64,000 nucleotides of DNA, from positions 98,837 through 162,836 of the forward strand of contig NMRA01000495.1 of assembly GCA_002633005.1 (NCBI GenBank). Reading direction: 5' to 3'. This DNA is from Phoronis australis. Lineage: Eukaryota > Animalia > Phoronida. The notes beneath the pieces were generated by a model, which was given only the letters and a program-made list of their open reading frames with translations, ran no database searches and was not told the origin of the DNA. A program made the position numbers and the translations under genes. Positions 1 to 13,600 of this stretch are shown here, piece by piece (position 1 is the stretch's first letter; each line of letters begins with the position of its first letter).

Positions 1-282
1 ATCAGCTGATTCCGATCTTTTCTTTTATCGTCACCTTAGTTATGTAAGCATTTCACTCTACTAATTTTTTCAGACCCCATGTATGAGCTTACTGTCTAAA
101 TATAGACTAAACCTGAGAGGCACCATTTCTAAAATCTATTGGTCTGTTAATACATCAACCTCTAGCTTATTGACATTAGTACGTTCAATGGTCGGTCATT
201 CCTCCTGTCATCTTCAGGTATTTAACGTTTATAAACGAATGAGCTGGAGCATGTGGTACGCACATGGTGGTCATACTGTTAA

Positions 283-342
283 TGGAATTTGAACCATAGA
301 CGTTTTGGTTGTCAGTCCAGCGCTCTCACTTAAAGACCACTG
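283..342 (-). mobile_element. tRNA-derived SINE head remnant
   Basis: Minus strand gtggtct...gagagcgctggact...ggttcaaattcca has A-box-like and B-box-like spacing; too degenerate to be a tRNA. Confidence 0.4.
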
Positions 343-1401
343 TGTCTTTTAACTCTAAATCACCTGAAGATGATTGGTGAACTGACCGATCGAAACATGG
401 TACCAATGCAGAGCTCACCACTTAGCATAACATCATATTGCCAAGTGTGATCTGGCAAGATTGTCAGGTTGCTAAAAGGAAATGAACTCACCAAAACTAG
501 GAAATTCCATTAGCGGCATTTATTAGAAAAAATAAATCAGGGATGGGGGGTGTGCATAGTGATGGACATTTTCTCCTTCACTTGCCTAAGGAGAAGGCAG
601 GCGATCAGAAGTCATTGTTTGTTCATGCATTATGCTTGGGCCCTGCCGGTTATTACAGGACAATTCCGACTCCTGTCTGTTTGCTGGGATCCTGTTGTAG
701 TTTGAGCACCTGTGGCTGTGTCCTGAGTGTGGTAGATTTTAATGATTTCACGAATAAATAAATGGAACATTTGTGAACCAAAGTTATAGAATATTTGTAT
801 TTGCTAAAAATGTTATTTTTTTAAAGTTTGGAAGTCAATTCAAAGCAAATTCCAATTGAATTCTTATTTTTCTGACCTCTTCTAATTGCAACTGGCAAAA
901 AATCCATTGCTTAGGAATTTTACCAACGGTCACTAAACAAAATCTAAGGTTGCATTAGCAAGCTGCAGGTTGCCAAATTGAGTCCTGCAGTGTAAATAAG
1001 ATGTAGGTTGGTGCGAAGGTTGGTGTAAACTGGCCATTAGATTTAAAGAAATTGGGCTACGACATCGCTACCTCTAAGTGGTTTAAGGAAAATATTTGAT
1101 CCTGAGAAGATAGTTGGTCCAAAACAGAGGGTGGTATTGCACAAGTTCAATGTCGCAAGAAATACTGTAGAATGGCATTTTTGTCATTCATGGGGTCACA
1201 TGACTATGACTGTTTAATAAAATTTAGTAAAAAAGAAGGGGACATTCTAAGTAAAACGACGATACTAATAACGCGACCAAATTCCATTTGATATAAATAT
1301 TCAAGATGAAATCTCAAAAACGCTGTATTAGTTTACAAAATGTTTTTGTTTTGTGCATCTTTTGAGTTTTTTTCATAAAAGTCAACCTTTTGTCGTTGCA
1401 G

Positions 1402-1559
1402 CACCAAGCTTCAACTGGATGTAGTTCTTCTTGTCTTGCCAGTTCTGTTGAGTTTCACGGTGTGTGCTGATCACGTGCAGGCCCTGATCACAGGGTTACT
1501 AACAGCAACATTTGGCATAATCTTGTTCAACGAGAGCGTGCAGAGTTCAAAATGTCAGA
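1402..1559 (+). CDS. PIGW: PIGW coding exon
   Basis: ttgcag acceptor, gtaagt donor; [24 protein letters not shown] (hydrophobic TM segment); phase 1 joins the next exon. Confidence 0.8.
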
Positions 1560-4500
1560 GTAAGTTTTACGCCATCATTACTTTGCGATTTGAACTTACT
1601 TCTTAATAACTTAAACTGAAAATCAACGTAAATAACCCCACGTGAAATCGTTTTTTAAAGCTTTTGTTGAGTCCCACAGAACACTGTTTGGTCGAGCCAA
1701 AGTCATATACAGTACAAGACAAAAACAGTCGGACAAATTATTATTTCCCCGTCGTGACAGATAATTCTGTTAACAGTGAAAATGACTGTTAATAACTATT
1801 AGGTTTGTGAATTTCTAATTACAGGATGGCTTAGTCACCTTATTAACTTTCCTGTTCATTTTCCTGTTCATTTTCCTGTTCATTTTCCTGTTCATTTTTG
1901 GTCATGAGGGAAGACTACTCTGACCATGAGTTTGGCTTCTGCCAAGTCGTCATGACGGGGAATTCTGTGGTCTTATATCTGAATACTTTTGGTTTGTACA
2001 CTGTACTTCCTGTCAAAGTAGTCATTGAACTGCATTTGGTCCAAATTGTGTTACTGTGTAATCATGAATGCCGGTAGAGTCTTGCCCAGCTTTTTATAGG
2101 CTAATTAGCAACCTACTGGATGGCATTGTTACATGCCTACAACATATAGTGCATGGCAACAAATGGAAACGTCTGTCCGTTTTCCTAAAGGAGACTGGCA
2201 GACTTGAAAACTTTCTTCACGAGGAGCCATAATTGGGGTCTCGTGCCTTTGCTCAGGTGTTTTGTGCAATGGGCCCAACCATGAGGCCTGCGCACGTCTG
2301 ATGCACTGCAAATGACATCAGACCACCTGCACTGTTTTTTTTTTGTTTTTTTTTTAATTATGAATGCCAACTCGCAGTTTTAAGGGACTTTTGCACTATG
2401 GATTTAGAACGGTGGACTAACATTCTTTCACGATCACAAAAAATTTAGACCCAATGCAAATGTGATGTAGACCAGTTTAAATTTAGGGCTGTACTTAAGT
2501 TAGTATACTCGAAAAGATCGGACCAAAGTTTTTTCGATTACTTATTAAAGCGCAATGCGAAAGGTTTGGTCAAGATTATTTTTCTGTATCGCCCTAAGTT
2601 GTCTCGCCACTTCATTAAAACGTGGAATTCTTTCCACCATTTCGCGCACTCTCGACATTGTGTCGTCAGCTGCCCACTGGACAACTTTTAAGTAAACATG
2701 TCTCAAAGCAAGTAATGTAACAAGAATAGAAGTGGCAACTGTTTACTTGATGAAACCCGAGGGAGTCACTGGTTCAAGGTATTCTTTATGGAAAGGATCG
2801 CAACAGCGTAGCGACATATTGTATTTAATACGGTGAATCTTTAAAGTTAGAACAGTGCAATGTTAATCCACTCAAGTGAGAAAGGTGGCAATTTTTGAGG
2901 GCAGGTTATCACACTGATTTGAAATATGTTGCGGCTGCAAACTAGTCCGGACTAACTCTAATGCGAAAGCAGCTTTTGAGAAAATATACAAAGGGTTTCT
3001 CACCAAACAATGATTTTCAATGATAGCACTTCAGGTGACTTTAACTGAAGCTTGTTAGCTTTTGGCAGATTGTATCAAATTAACTTATTTATTTTTTTCA
3101 TGGTGAAGGCTCAAAGCACATCATGTTATCTACGTTTTTATGGAAAGTTGAAACCCTTGGTCCTCTTCTTGGATTACGAAGTCCAATCAGAGAACGAGCA
3201 AACTGAAACCTTTTGAACAGTGGCAAACATAAGCTCAATTTACCCAGCGAGGGTTTTCTTGATTCACCCATTTTTTTTAAAGAGACATTATCGGTGAAAC
3301 AATGAACTTCTAAGTTAAGGCTTTAGCGTGGATTCGATCCTGGAACCCTCGTGGCTAGAGTTTGCAGAGTTAAGTGTCACCCGATAAATGGCATAAGTAT
3401 TTAAAGAGTATATCAATCCATTTTTTGGCCACTGAAACGATAATACCTCCAATTTTAACCTGCTTTTTGCTGCCCAAATCTTGGAGGCAATCCCTGCCGT
3501 TACCTGATATGCCTATGGTGAAAATTGGTCTACAGCAGGTGCAATTTAAATTTAATTCTATCCACATTGCTAAAACATTCAACATTAATGTACTGTTTGG
3601 AAATGAACTGCATGTTTTATTACCATTTAATGTGTTCTTTGATGTCGTTTACTGCTTTTTCGTAACTGCTTTAACCTTCATTACTTGTTGCTGTTTACAC
3701 AGGGCCATCCTTCAGCTCAATATTAGACGATGACTTACCTGGTGAGAAGAGGCCTTTTATAAGCGCCTATCGTGCCTACGTCAACATAGCCACTGCAATC
3801 AGCATCCTGGCAGTGGACTTTGCTATATATCCACGTCGGTTTGCTAAGGCAGAGACGTATGGAACGGGTCTCATGGATGTTGGTGTGGGAGCCTTCATCA
3901 TATCAAATGCTATAGTTTCGCCGGAATCCAGGAAAAAGGGTGCAGAGCTCAGGTTTGGAAATACTCAAAAGTGGCTTGTTACGTGGCTTACGAGATTTAT
4001 TGCTACAGGCTGATATAGCTGCCTAATTATGTCTGAGAGTGGCATACCGTCATTGCAATAAAATAGAAAAGTGGAAAAGGCGAATCTTGATACTTTGGGT
4101 CTGTTGTTGCTGTAATGTTAGCAAACTGTGGAAAATTCATCAGTAACCCTTGTCATGAAAACCATCTTGTGTGCCTAGCACTTTCCCACCTAATCTTTTA
4201 ATAACTATAATGATAATAATGATAATATTATAAATAATGATCATGATAATAATTAGAAAATCATAAAAGATTCCATTTTCAGTTGCTTTCAACAAACTAA
4301 GACTGAGACAACACACTGTTTTTACTGCAGGTCAGTTGCCGACAAAGTCAAGTCTGTGCTTAAAGCCTGTAAGGGATGTCTACCTCTAATTGTCCTGGGT
4401 CTCATTAGGCTGATCAGTGTGAAGTCAACAGGCTATCAAGAGCACGTCACAGAGTATGGTGTTCACTGGAACTTCTTTTTTACGCTGGCCTATGTTAAGG

Positions 4501-7500
4501 TACGGCAATTTCTAATTTGACTGTCAACGCACTTCGAGCCTGACTTGTAGGACTGGAAAGTTAAGTTTTTTGGTCATGGGTTTTAGAACTTCCAGCCACT
4601 GGCTTGACTCTTAATACTCCGATCACACCAAAGCGGATATAACTTTTAAAACGGATTTAAAGTTTATGTCCGTTGGTCTGAAGTAACACTTAATTAAAAC
4701 CAGAGTTTTAAAAGTTGTATCTGTAGTGTGGTAAAAACCCTCTGTGATGGTAGTTTATCATCAATGCTTTACTGTTAAATCCACCTCTTCACTCCAGAGT
4801 TGACTCGCGCTGTTAACTTTGATTCAAGACCTAAGTTGAGTGGTCCCATTGTAACGAAGTGTCGATGCTTCGCTGTTAAATCCTCCTCTTCACTCTGGCG
4901 TTAAGTGTTCCCATTGCATGCTTCTGGTTAAAAAATATAGACTGATTCGTCACTGAGTAAACGCTTCAAGTGAAAGATGAAAATGGTCATCAGGAAAAGT
5001 GTACACAATGTTAATTCAGTAGTAAATCTTCGCTGTCAGAGATTTTAATTTACTGTAATGGAATAAATTCATATTCAATGCCCAAGTCAATTGTTACTTA
5101 TTAAAAATGTATTAAGCAATTTGTAATTTCGGCACAATTGCACTAAAATGCTGCTCTTTTTAATCACCTTATTTTCTTCCAGATACTCTCCACCATAATC
5201 CTTTGCTTTGTCAGTCCATCTGCTAGTGCCATTCTATCCCTAGTATGTGCAGTTGGGTATGAAACTGCTCTCACTAAGTGGAGGTTAAAAGACAGCATCC
5301 TTTCTGGCTTTGACAGCCATGACTCCAGGGAGGGTTTCCTGAATGCTAACAGAGAGGGCATCTTCTCAGCTATTGGATATTTGTCTCTTTACTTTGCTGG
5401 CATCGTGATTGGCAAATACCTGTTTCAAGCTAGGTAAAGCAGATTTTGAAATAGTGGTCAGCGTTGACTCTAACATTATTCCATGTCTTGGTTAGTGACT
5501 TCATTAATTGTTTTGTTAATTAGTCAACTTTTTGTATGTTAAGCTCTTTTGTGCTTCTGGCTTATAACTGACCACTGAATTCACTGATTTGTAACCACAA
5601 AAAGCTCAACCTTTGCAGAAATGTAGCTACCATATTTTAAAAGATGGCAGGTCATAGGGGTTAGAACCAGTTTAATGCCTGTTGTTCCGTTATAAAGACT
5701 GGTTCTCAAAATGCTAGATCCCTGTAAATGACTATTGCCCAAAATGCTGTCTGGATTCTAAAAATTAAGACATTTACTCATTGCTAGGTATAGTTGCCTA
5801 TTGGAATTTGAAGAATGCTGTATTGTCATTTTTTTCTGTTTTCCAGGTCAAGCTTAAAACAATGGATAACTTGTTTGTTTACTCTGGGAGTTTCTTGTCA
5901 AGGCTTCTACCTGTTATTATTTTATTCAGAAACATTTGTGGACAACGTCTCAAGAAGATTGGCTAATTTATCTTTCATCATTTGGATGGTTAGTTCAAGC
6001 ACAGCTGTTGTGGTACTGTGGTGGTGTAGCAAGAGTGCTCTTGCTTAAGCTGTTAAAAGTGAACTAGGGTTACCTTGTGTGTTTATTATCGTATGGACAT
6101 AACAAATAAGAGCCTATTTAACAGTAGAATGCACAATGGTTCTAAAAGCTATCAGTACATACCACATTATTAACCAGATATTAAATAAATGTTTCTTACT
6201 TGTAGAAAACTGGAGCTTATTTGCGTGGTTGAAAATTTTTGAAGGGTGCACAACATCCATCAATAACTGCTGATTTTAGGTTAAATGCTGTATTCGTTTA
6301 CATGGCAACGGTGGTGACAGGTGGGATCTTCTATCAAATTGAACACTCACGATGAAAAATGGCAAATCTCACAGGTACAATGGTAGGGTTCACCTGTCAC
6401 TTCTACAATATTGAAATAGGTTCTCAGTTTTATCGATATTTCGGACTTGTGTTGGGGTACGTGTCTGGGACGGGTACGAGAATGGCGGTCTGCACTTATG
6501 ATAGTCTTCAGCTGATTGAAATTCGTTGGTGTATAAATTCTGGCTAACTTGCTTATGGCATAAACCAATTGGTTCATTTATTTCTCTCCAGGTGGCGTAC
6601 AATCTCCAGACGTTGACGTCCTTTTGTCTAGTTGATGTTGCTGTGTATGTTTGTCAGAGGTTTAATTACTTAAAGAGAGTTACACAAAAAGGTGGGTGTT
6701 CGATTGATATGTTGTCATTTTGACGTTTTGATTCCAGTCAATTAAAAATTAAATGCCTAAGTTAAAAACAATAATAATAGTACTGCCATCCTGGATTACA
6801 CAGCGACAGGACTCTCCTTTGGTCCGGAGTTAATAAAGGGCGTTGTTTTCATAGAACTAGTTTTGCCGGGCACATTTTCACTGGTCATTTTGGAAACCAT
6901 GGAAATGTTAACGATTTCAACAGTTTAAAAGTACTAGAATTATAAGATATCTTCAAGGAGGGATTCTGTTCGGTTCAAAATTAATGCAATGAACTTGCTT
7001 TATCCACTCCCTCTGCTGTTGATTGATGTCAGAAAGCGATGAACTTAACACCACGCGTGTTGATCAAGTTTGTCCAACTTTCCCTCGTTGGGAGTTGCAG
7101 CCCACAGCACAGCAATAATACTTCGTTTGCATTATGAAGGATGGTTAGAGTAATGCGTCCGAGAAAATCTTGAAAAGAAGAATACCATAACAAGGAATAT
7201 GTGGAACTCCAGTAGTGTGAAAACGCCAGGCTTCAAAAGAACCCGTGGGTAAATGCAACTAGATTCGAGTGTCACTGTGTAATCCAGGACGACCCTGTTA
7301 GGCAGATTTACGTAGCGTTGTAAATTACTAAGCTCGTTGAAAATTATTACTCAGCTACGGACCTGGTAATCTTTCTCAACTCCATGGGAGCATACAGTGG
7401 GGACAACCATTGTGGGAGCACACAGGTTAATCCATACCCATAATTTTGGTAAAAGCTTCAAGTGCTAACGCTGCAATGGTTACCAGAGTGGTAAAAAATC

Positions 7501-8462
7501 CAAGACATGCGAAATTTTTGAAAATGTGATGTGACTGTTCTTTTATTCCTATTTTTGGGTCCAAATCGCGTGGTATCAGAAATAGACATGTATACAGGGC
7601 TTTCTCACCTGAGAGGAAAGGTGCTTTTTGGTTGGGAAAATTCCTTTCCTCGTCGCTGCCAATTTAGGACAGTGTATGGCCAACAAGTGGAATTTTATTT
7701 TTCATGTTTTTCCGTGACAGAGACGCCACACCAATCTAATGCTTTTACAGGTTCAGGTTCTATACTATAGCTAGTTGTTTTGAAAAAAAAGTGATTATTT
7801 TTAACAATGTTGGAGGCACTTGAAAAAATGAAAAAGTAGCAATTTTGGCAATGATTTTTATCCGAAATTGATTAGATTTTGCTGTAGCGTTTTGCAGAAG
7901 AGATTCAAACTTGGTGGAAATTTTGTAATGATTGGAGGAAATTTTGAGCCTGGTGGGAATTTCGAGTGATTTTTAAATATTTTCCATAGGGTAATGGAGC
8001 CGATATTTGGCCCCAAAATTGAGGCATCGAGGGCCCTGGTATAAAATCTTGTGTGTTTTTCCTGTGATATCAGCTTACTCTTGCCCTCATTTCGATCTTA
8101 GCACTCTCACCATTCCAGGGATATCTGAAGCCCATTTTCCTTTTATTATAAGAACCCAGTTGGCCACAAAAATATAAATTTCTGTCACTTTATCAATTTT
8201 GTCTTCTTTGCAATAACCCGATCTGTATATGTTTGTAGACACATTTGTGGAGGAGAGTCGGTGCCTTCTCGAGGCAATCAACAGAAACGGACTGCTCTAC
8301 TTCCTGTTGGCCAACCTTTTGACAGGAGTTGTCAACTTTTCCATGTCAACGATCTACGCCACACCACCTGTTGGATTTTGTGTGGTTTTAGTGTACATGA
8401 CTGTCCTCAGTGCCATAGTCTATTGTATGCACTTGAAGAACATCACAACAAGGTTTTGGTGA
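1402..8462 (+). CDS. PIGW: GPI inositol acyltransferase PIG-W/GWT1, spliced gene, 5' end not established
   Basis: join(1402-1559,3703-3952,4331-4499,5183-5433,5847-5988,6592-6691,8239-8462). All introns are GT-AG with consistent phases, giving ~430 codons. Hallmark motifs: [89 protein letters not shown]. Confidence 0.95.
1848..1898. repeat. 12-bp minisatellite (ttttcctgttca) x4
   Basis: direct reading. Confidence 0.9.
3703..3952 (+). CDS. PIGW: PIGW coding exon
   Basis: [56 protein letters not shown]. Confidence 0.95.
4331..4499 (+). CDS. PIGW: PIGW coding exon
   Basis: [39 protein letters not shown]; ctgcag acceptor, gtacgg donor. Confidence 0.95.
5183..5433 (+). CDS. PIGW: PIGW coding exon
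   Basis: [26 protein letters not shown]; ttccag acceptor, gtaaag donor. Confidence 0.93.
5847..5988 (+). CDS. PIGW: PIGW coding exon
   Basis: [14 protein letters not shown]; ttccag acceptor, gttagt donor. Confidence 0.93.
6592..6691 (+). CDS. PIGW: PIGW coding exon
   Basis: [15 protein letters not shown]; ctccag acceptor, gtgggt donor; phases fit both neighbours. Confidence 0.85.
6783..7297. mobile_element. non-autonomous TIR element in a PIGW intron
   Basis: tcctggattacacagcgaca / tgtcactgtgtaatccagga inverted repeat (19/20 match), TA near both ends. Confidence 0.65.
8239..8462 (+). CDS. PIGW: PIGW last coding exon
   Basis: [28 protein letters not shown]...ITTRFW*; ttgtag acceptor, TGA at 8460-8462. 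Confidence 0.95.
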
Positions 8463-9221
8463 ACATAAAAGAAGTGAAGGCCATTCCTATCATCATCAGC
8501 AAAGAAATAATATTGTGGCATTTCATATGCATTCTATATGAAACCCCAGCACAGCTTACTGTCGCAAAAGATTGGCACTTAGTAATTATCAAGAAGTGCT
8601 ACTCCGAGAGAGAGGACACTGCAGGACCGGAGGTCACCAGGACGTCAGTTTTACTGAACTCTTGGGCCAATACAAGAATTTGTGAAGATCAAGATTTCGC
8701 ATTTGATTTTTGTTAACAAATTTGTCAATGCTTACTGAGGCAAAGTATTTCTGTTCCAAAGTGCACCTCTTTTAGGTGTGTCTGCAGATTGTGGGTGATT
8801 CCACAGAGGATCCATAAGTGGATTTAGGGGGGGCCAATCTCCCTCTCCCCACTGTGGACATTACCCAGCCATTATGTCATTTGTAGGGGTTAGTTGTCAG
8901 TTCCTCCTGCAGGTGGTGCACCTGATTGCTCTACATCACTGAACAGAATCAAACTTTCTTGTGGTAGTCTCTTTGACTGCTTTGCCTTGTCACCACAGTG
9001 CATAGCATGTTTTACCATACAGTGTGGCTGCTTAGAAAACACATTTCTCCATGCCATGGGAGTTGTTTACTGGACTACAAGGACCTCCAGATAATGCAGC
9101 CAGATTCCACAGTTGAACATTGCTTTGTCGTTTGGATTAAGTTAGAATTTTATACCAGTCACCCCTGACGATTTGTACTGGCAGTTGGTATCCAGTGAAT
9201 CTGTTCATGCAAAGTCGTTGA

Positions 9222-9227
9222 AATAAA
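9222..9227 (+). promoter_or_regulatory. candidate PIGW polyadenylation signal
   Basis: AATAAA ~760 nt after the stop codon. Confidence 0.4.
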
Positions 9228-10520
9228 AAAATATAAATGACAAATAATTGTCAGTTATTAAAACACAAGACAACTAATGACTTGAGTGTATTATTTCCAG
9301 TTTGTTCAGAACCCTTAAACAGCAAACAAATCCATTGTCTATGAAAACAGTACAGCCACACACACATTTGCGTTCTACAAAAATAAACACTTGTAAACTG
9401 ATGACACTATTTTACACACATCCCTGATTTACACACATGAACTACATACTACTGTTCACCTGTAGCGACACATTTGTTGAGCAGTGGCTTGTGATGTGGT
9501 CACGTTCAGAAAGTACTGTAAACATGTTCAACGGGTGCAACTTGATAACAAATTTACTGCTTAATGTTGGTAATTAAATACTATAAATACTACATTATAT
9601 TGGTGATGCAATGCAAAAAATCATGTTCACACAAAATAAAAAAATCTGCTTGAGCTTTTCTTTAATCAACTAAGAGTACAGTCTATGAATTATTTACACA
9701 ATGATATTGCCGACGAGATTCTTCTAGTCTATCTTCAGTTGTTATTTACAAACGAAATGGCAATGCTAAGCCCAACGAGAAGTGAAGTTCAACACTTTTG
9801 TCACAAAATCCTAGGGTCCGAAATGGATAATTCTGCAACAAGAGGTTTGCGAATTTTAGAATCCAGATAAAACCTATGAATAAATGACGGAGAACCACTT
9901 GTAAGGCTGGCGTGGAATGATTGATGCCTACTTACTAAGGCTGCTGTGACTTTCAACCTTAATGACTTTCTGGAAGGCGGAAAGTTTTACTAGTTGGTTG
10001 CAAGCCTTTACTATTGTGAACCAGCAAAAAATAAAAACAAGTTTTCCATGATTTGTGTCCCCCTAAAAGAGTTATTGAGATTCGTTGGATAACAAGCTCA
10101 AGGACTTGCAAGTCTGATGCTTTGCGCCAACGTGATAAGTGATTTGAATGCTACAGTGGTGTTAAAATTACGGGGGAATTCCGAAGTGAGTAGAAGACGA
10201 GTATCCACAGAGGTCCTGTTCTGAGTCCAGAATTCCAACCCCTTGCACTTGAGAAACTTTTAGAATTCCAATAATGATTTAACACCAGAAAAAACGTCCT
10301 GAATGAAGGGCGTGTGAGTGAAAGAAAGAAATTATCGCCAGGAATTCCCGCAACGGTCGTCAATGAAAGGTTGAGTTCTGTACACGTGTTGTCGCGAGTT
10401 TCTTACATCTACAGGACACAACCCTTTTTCTACTGCACAAAATCCAGACAAACAATGACACATCTTGTTACTCATACTGCATTGATTTGAGCACCGTCTC
10501 CTTAAAAGTTGCCCAGAGCG

Positions 10521-10652
10521 TTACGACGTTTTGGCGTGCGTCTGTACGTCCATGACGAAGTTGTATAGTTTCAGCGCGGGTCCAAGCTTCAAGGACAAGC
10601 CAGTGAGAACGTCGTTTCGTCGGAGAAGAAGCAACGACTGTCCGTCTATTTC
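10521..10652 (-). CDS. SAMD1: exon 8: SAM domain C-terminal half and stop
   Basis: [43 protein letters not shown]. Confidence 0.94.
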   Translation of the reverse strand, partial: EIDGQSLLLLRRNDVLTGLSLKLGPALKLYNFVMDVQTHAKTS

Positions 10653-13600
10653 CTGCAAAATAAATTTTACTCATCGGTTAACAAAGGCAATTCTGCATTA
10701 GCCGCAGTAGCCAAATGTATTTGCCTGGAGACTTTTTCCACCAACTTCAGGTTACGTAAGACCTTATGGACAAGCCGAAAATCCAAACTATATATCTTAA
10801 CTCCGTAAATGTATACATTTTTTGAAACTAGAAAGCAATTAGATTTTTTTTTCTTTTTTCCCATCAGTATATAATACGGCCAGGTGACTGTGTACATTTG
10901 GTAGAACAGTAAAATTTAGAAAAACGGAGAGGTACACTGATGGCACAACAAAGTATAAATTACGTTACCAAAATTTGAAAGAAATGTCCAAATTGTTTTC
11001 GTTTTATGTAAATTTTGTTTTTTCATGAAGAGCTACAAGTCTTATTTTTGATAGCCAAATATGCGAAAGTGAAACATTGTAAAAGTAGTTCCTAACACGT
11101 TTTGGAGAACTGTAGAAAGCACAGTATCAGAAAGTTTCATTATCTGATCAATCATTTCTGAGAGGTACAGTGTTGGGAAGTTATTCAACAATTTGGACAT
11201 TTGTCCAGAGTGTGACTTAACCTTAAACGAAGCAAACGCGGCTGAGAGCAGATTTAGATGAATCAACCTGTAAACTACATAAACAATCAAAAGATGTCAT
11301 TTTTCAAAATGTTTGTCATATTCACCTGCTCCTTGAAGTTATCCGCCTGCTCTTGGAAGCCGAGATCTGAAATATACGTCATAACGTCGTCAATTGACCA
11401 AGTGGCGGCGTTCGTGACGCGAAGTCTGGTTGGGAACGCCTTGAGAATAACTTCTTGTTTCACGTTGCCGTTTCTTCCCTGTGTCGTGTCTAACAAGGCG
11501 CTGTAAGTAAACGGAAATCGTGCACATGACGGAAGGCCTCCTTAGCTGCTCGAGATTTGGATAAGATAACGTTTCGTGAAACTTGGTTTCGAACAGAAGG
11601 TTTCCACAAATAACCTTGATTAGATTTTTGCAAAAAATAATGAAATCGTAAGATTGAAATGACCAGACTGACAGCAACTTAAACGCAGTTTTGATATTTC
11701 GATATTAATGAGTCGATCGCTGACTTGTCAAAACAACTTTGTTTTCTAAACTCGCCGATATACAACTCTCATTAAGTCACTACTTCCAAAAGATTATGCA
11801 AGAACATTACATTCCCTAATAGCCATGTCATTATTTAAGATACCTGCTTAGTTTTCGTTAAAACCTCGATCATTAAGCGACTTGCAACACAAAAACTAGA
11901 CGAATATCTTTCTAGAAAATGCTGTTTCGACCTGACGTCTAATTTTTCCCATAAAGGAATTAAGCTTTGATTCTTAAATTCAAATTCAGCGTGGTCAACA
12001 GGAATTTGGATATTATCGTTCACATTGAGTAGTTGCACATTTAAAATTCGTTATTAAAACATGGACGGAATAAGAGGGAACAAACGCGACATCTTTCCTT
12101 CGAAAATTGTGTGGTTGACATCCTTGCCTCGCCAGGGCAAATACCGCATATCAAAATACCGAAGGTACCCAATAGGCTACAGCATACTCTAACCCTGGAG
12201 AAGCTCAACCCAAAATCGTAAAAGAAGTCCCACGAAATTATAAATGTTCGGGACAAAGGAAAGTCGCTGATGGGCATACGATTCGGTTTGTGCGAAAAAA
12301 ATGAGTTCATTAAAATAGTATTGCGGTTTTTGAGAAATAAGTTAACTTAATGAGAAAAAAAAAACGCTGTTAATGAAAACATCTGGACTGATTGTCTACC
12401 CTAACATAAATATCTACATGTATACCTATGTAATTATTTATGTATAAATAAGAATCCGGGTCTTGTTGTTTTAAATATGTAAATCAACGAAAATCTTTAA
12501 ATATCTACCCTCAACATACTCCGTGATTAACCGCACCAAGTCGGTAACTTACCCGCCCATCTCTGTGATCGGTGAGTCGCACGGCGTTGGCAGGCACGAG
12601 GCACCAGAGAACAGCTCTGAAACATCATTGATAAGTAAACTCCAGGAGCCTTTTTCGTGAAACGTGACGTCAGACAGAAATTTAAATTTTTGACTCCCAC
12701 TTCCTAGTTGCTAATAAAGGTTTAGCCCAGTAATTATGAGTCTAGAAATAATTATCTCGGTAATTAGCTGTTACTGTAATATATTCTGAGACTTAAACGT
12801 TTGCTCGCGATGCAAACAACAGTTTGGCACTCTTCAGTGTTGAACACTACATATTTGAAGAAAGACCTATTAGCAAAGTATGCAAACTCTTCTGTCACAG
12901 GAAGTGGGCGGATCAGACTTCAACTAACAACAATCTTTATTAAAACTTTTTGGTATCTCCGACAATAATTTGGTTCTTAGCGGGCCGTGAAAGTGCCCTT
13001 CCCAATTCTTTAGCAGCATAGGTTACGACAGTGTTGTCTTTGCTCGCATAAATGTACCTGCGGCGTCCGTTTCCTCCGGCGACCCATTATCCGAATTGAT
13101 TTGAACCGTAAGCGGACCTTTCCCAGTCAGCTCGATTTGACCTCCGATGGGCGGAGACTCGTCAAACGTCACGCCTTCGTCCACGCACTGTGCACATGCC
13201 CACTTTCCTACACAGGCAATATAAATCAAGTAAATAGAAAAACTGCTAACAACTGTAGGTCACCATGAAAATGCTCAAAACCAGTGGCAACACAAAAACA
13301 ACACTCGACATACAAAGCTCACTGACTTATCAACATTCGCATTCAGAAAGTAACATGCGCGCGCGCACCCAGCCTAAAAATGGGGGGCTCGAATTTTTTA
13401 GAATGTGGACCTTTTACTAATAAATAACGGGGTACCGTCGTTCAGAGCTATGAATCGTGCATTCGCCGAATTTTTGGTGGACTTTTGTCTCGTTTTCTAC
13501 TTTTTCGGACTCTGGGGCGGACCTTTTTGCCCACTTCGCCAAGTGAGCCCCCCGGGTGCGCGCATGAGTAATCAAGCGTTTTGGTAAGAAATTTCTTTTT

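Noticed and set aside
1-43. Possible tail of an upstream PIGW exon (QLIPIFSFIVTLV, at|gtaagc, phase 2 fits the exon at 1402)
   Set aside because: Phase-compatible and hydrophobic, but too short and without a recognisable PIGW motif; not called.
1848-1898. CRISPR-like or other prokaryotic arrays or systems
   Set aside because: The repeats are spacer-less minisatellites, and the window is a spliced eukaryotic locus.
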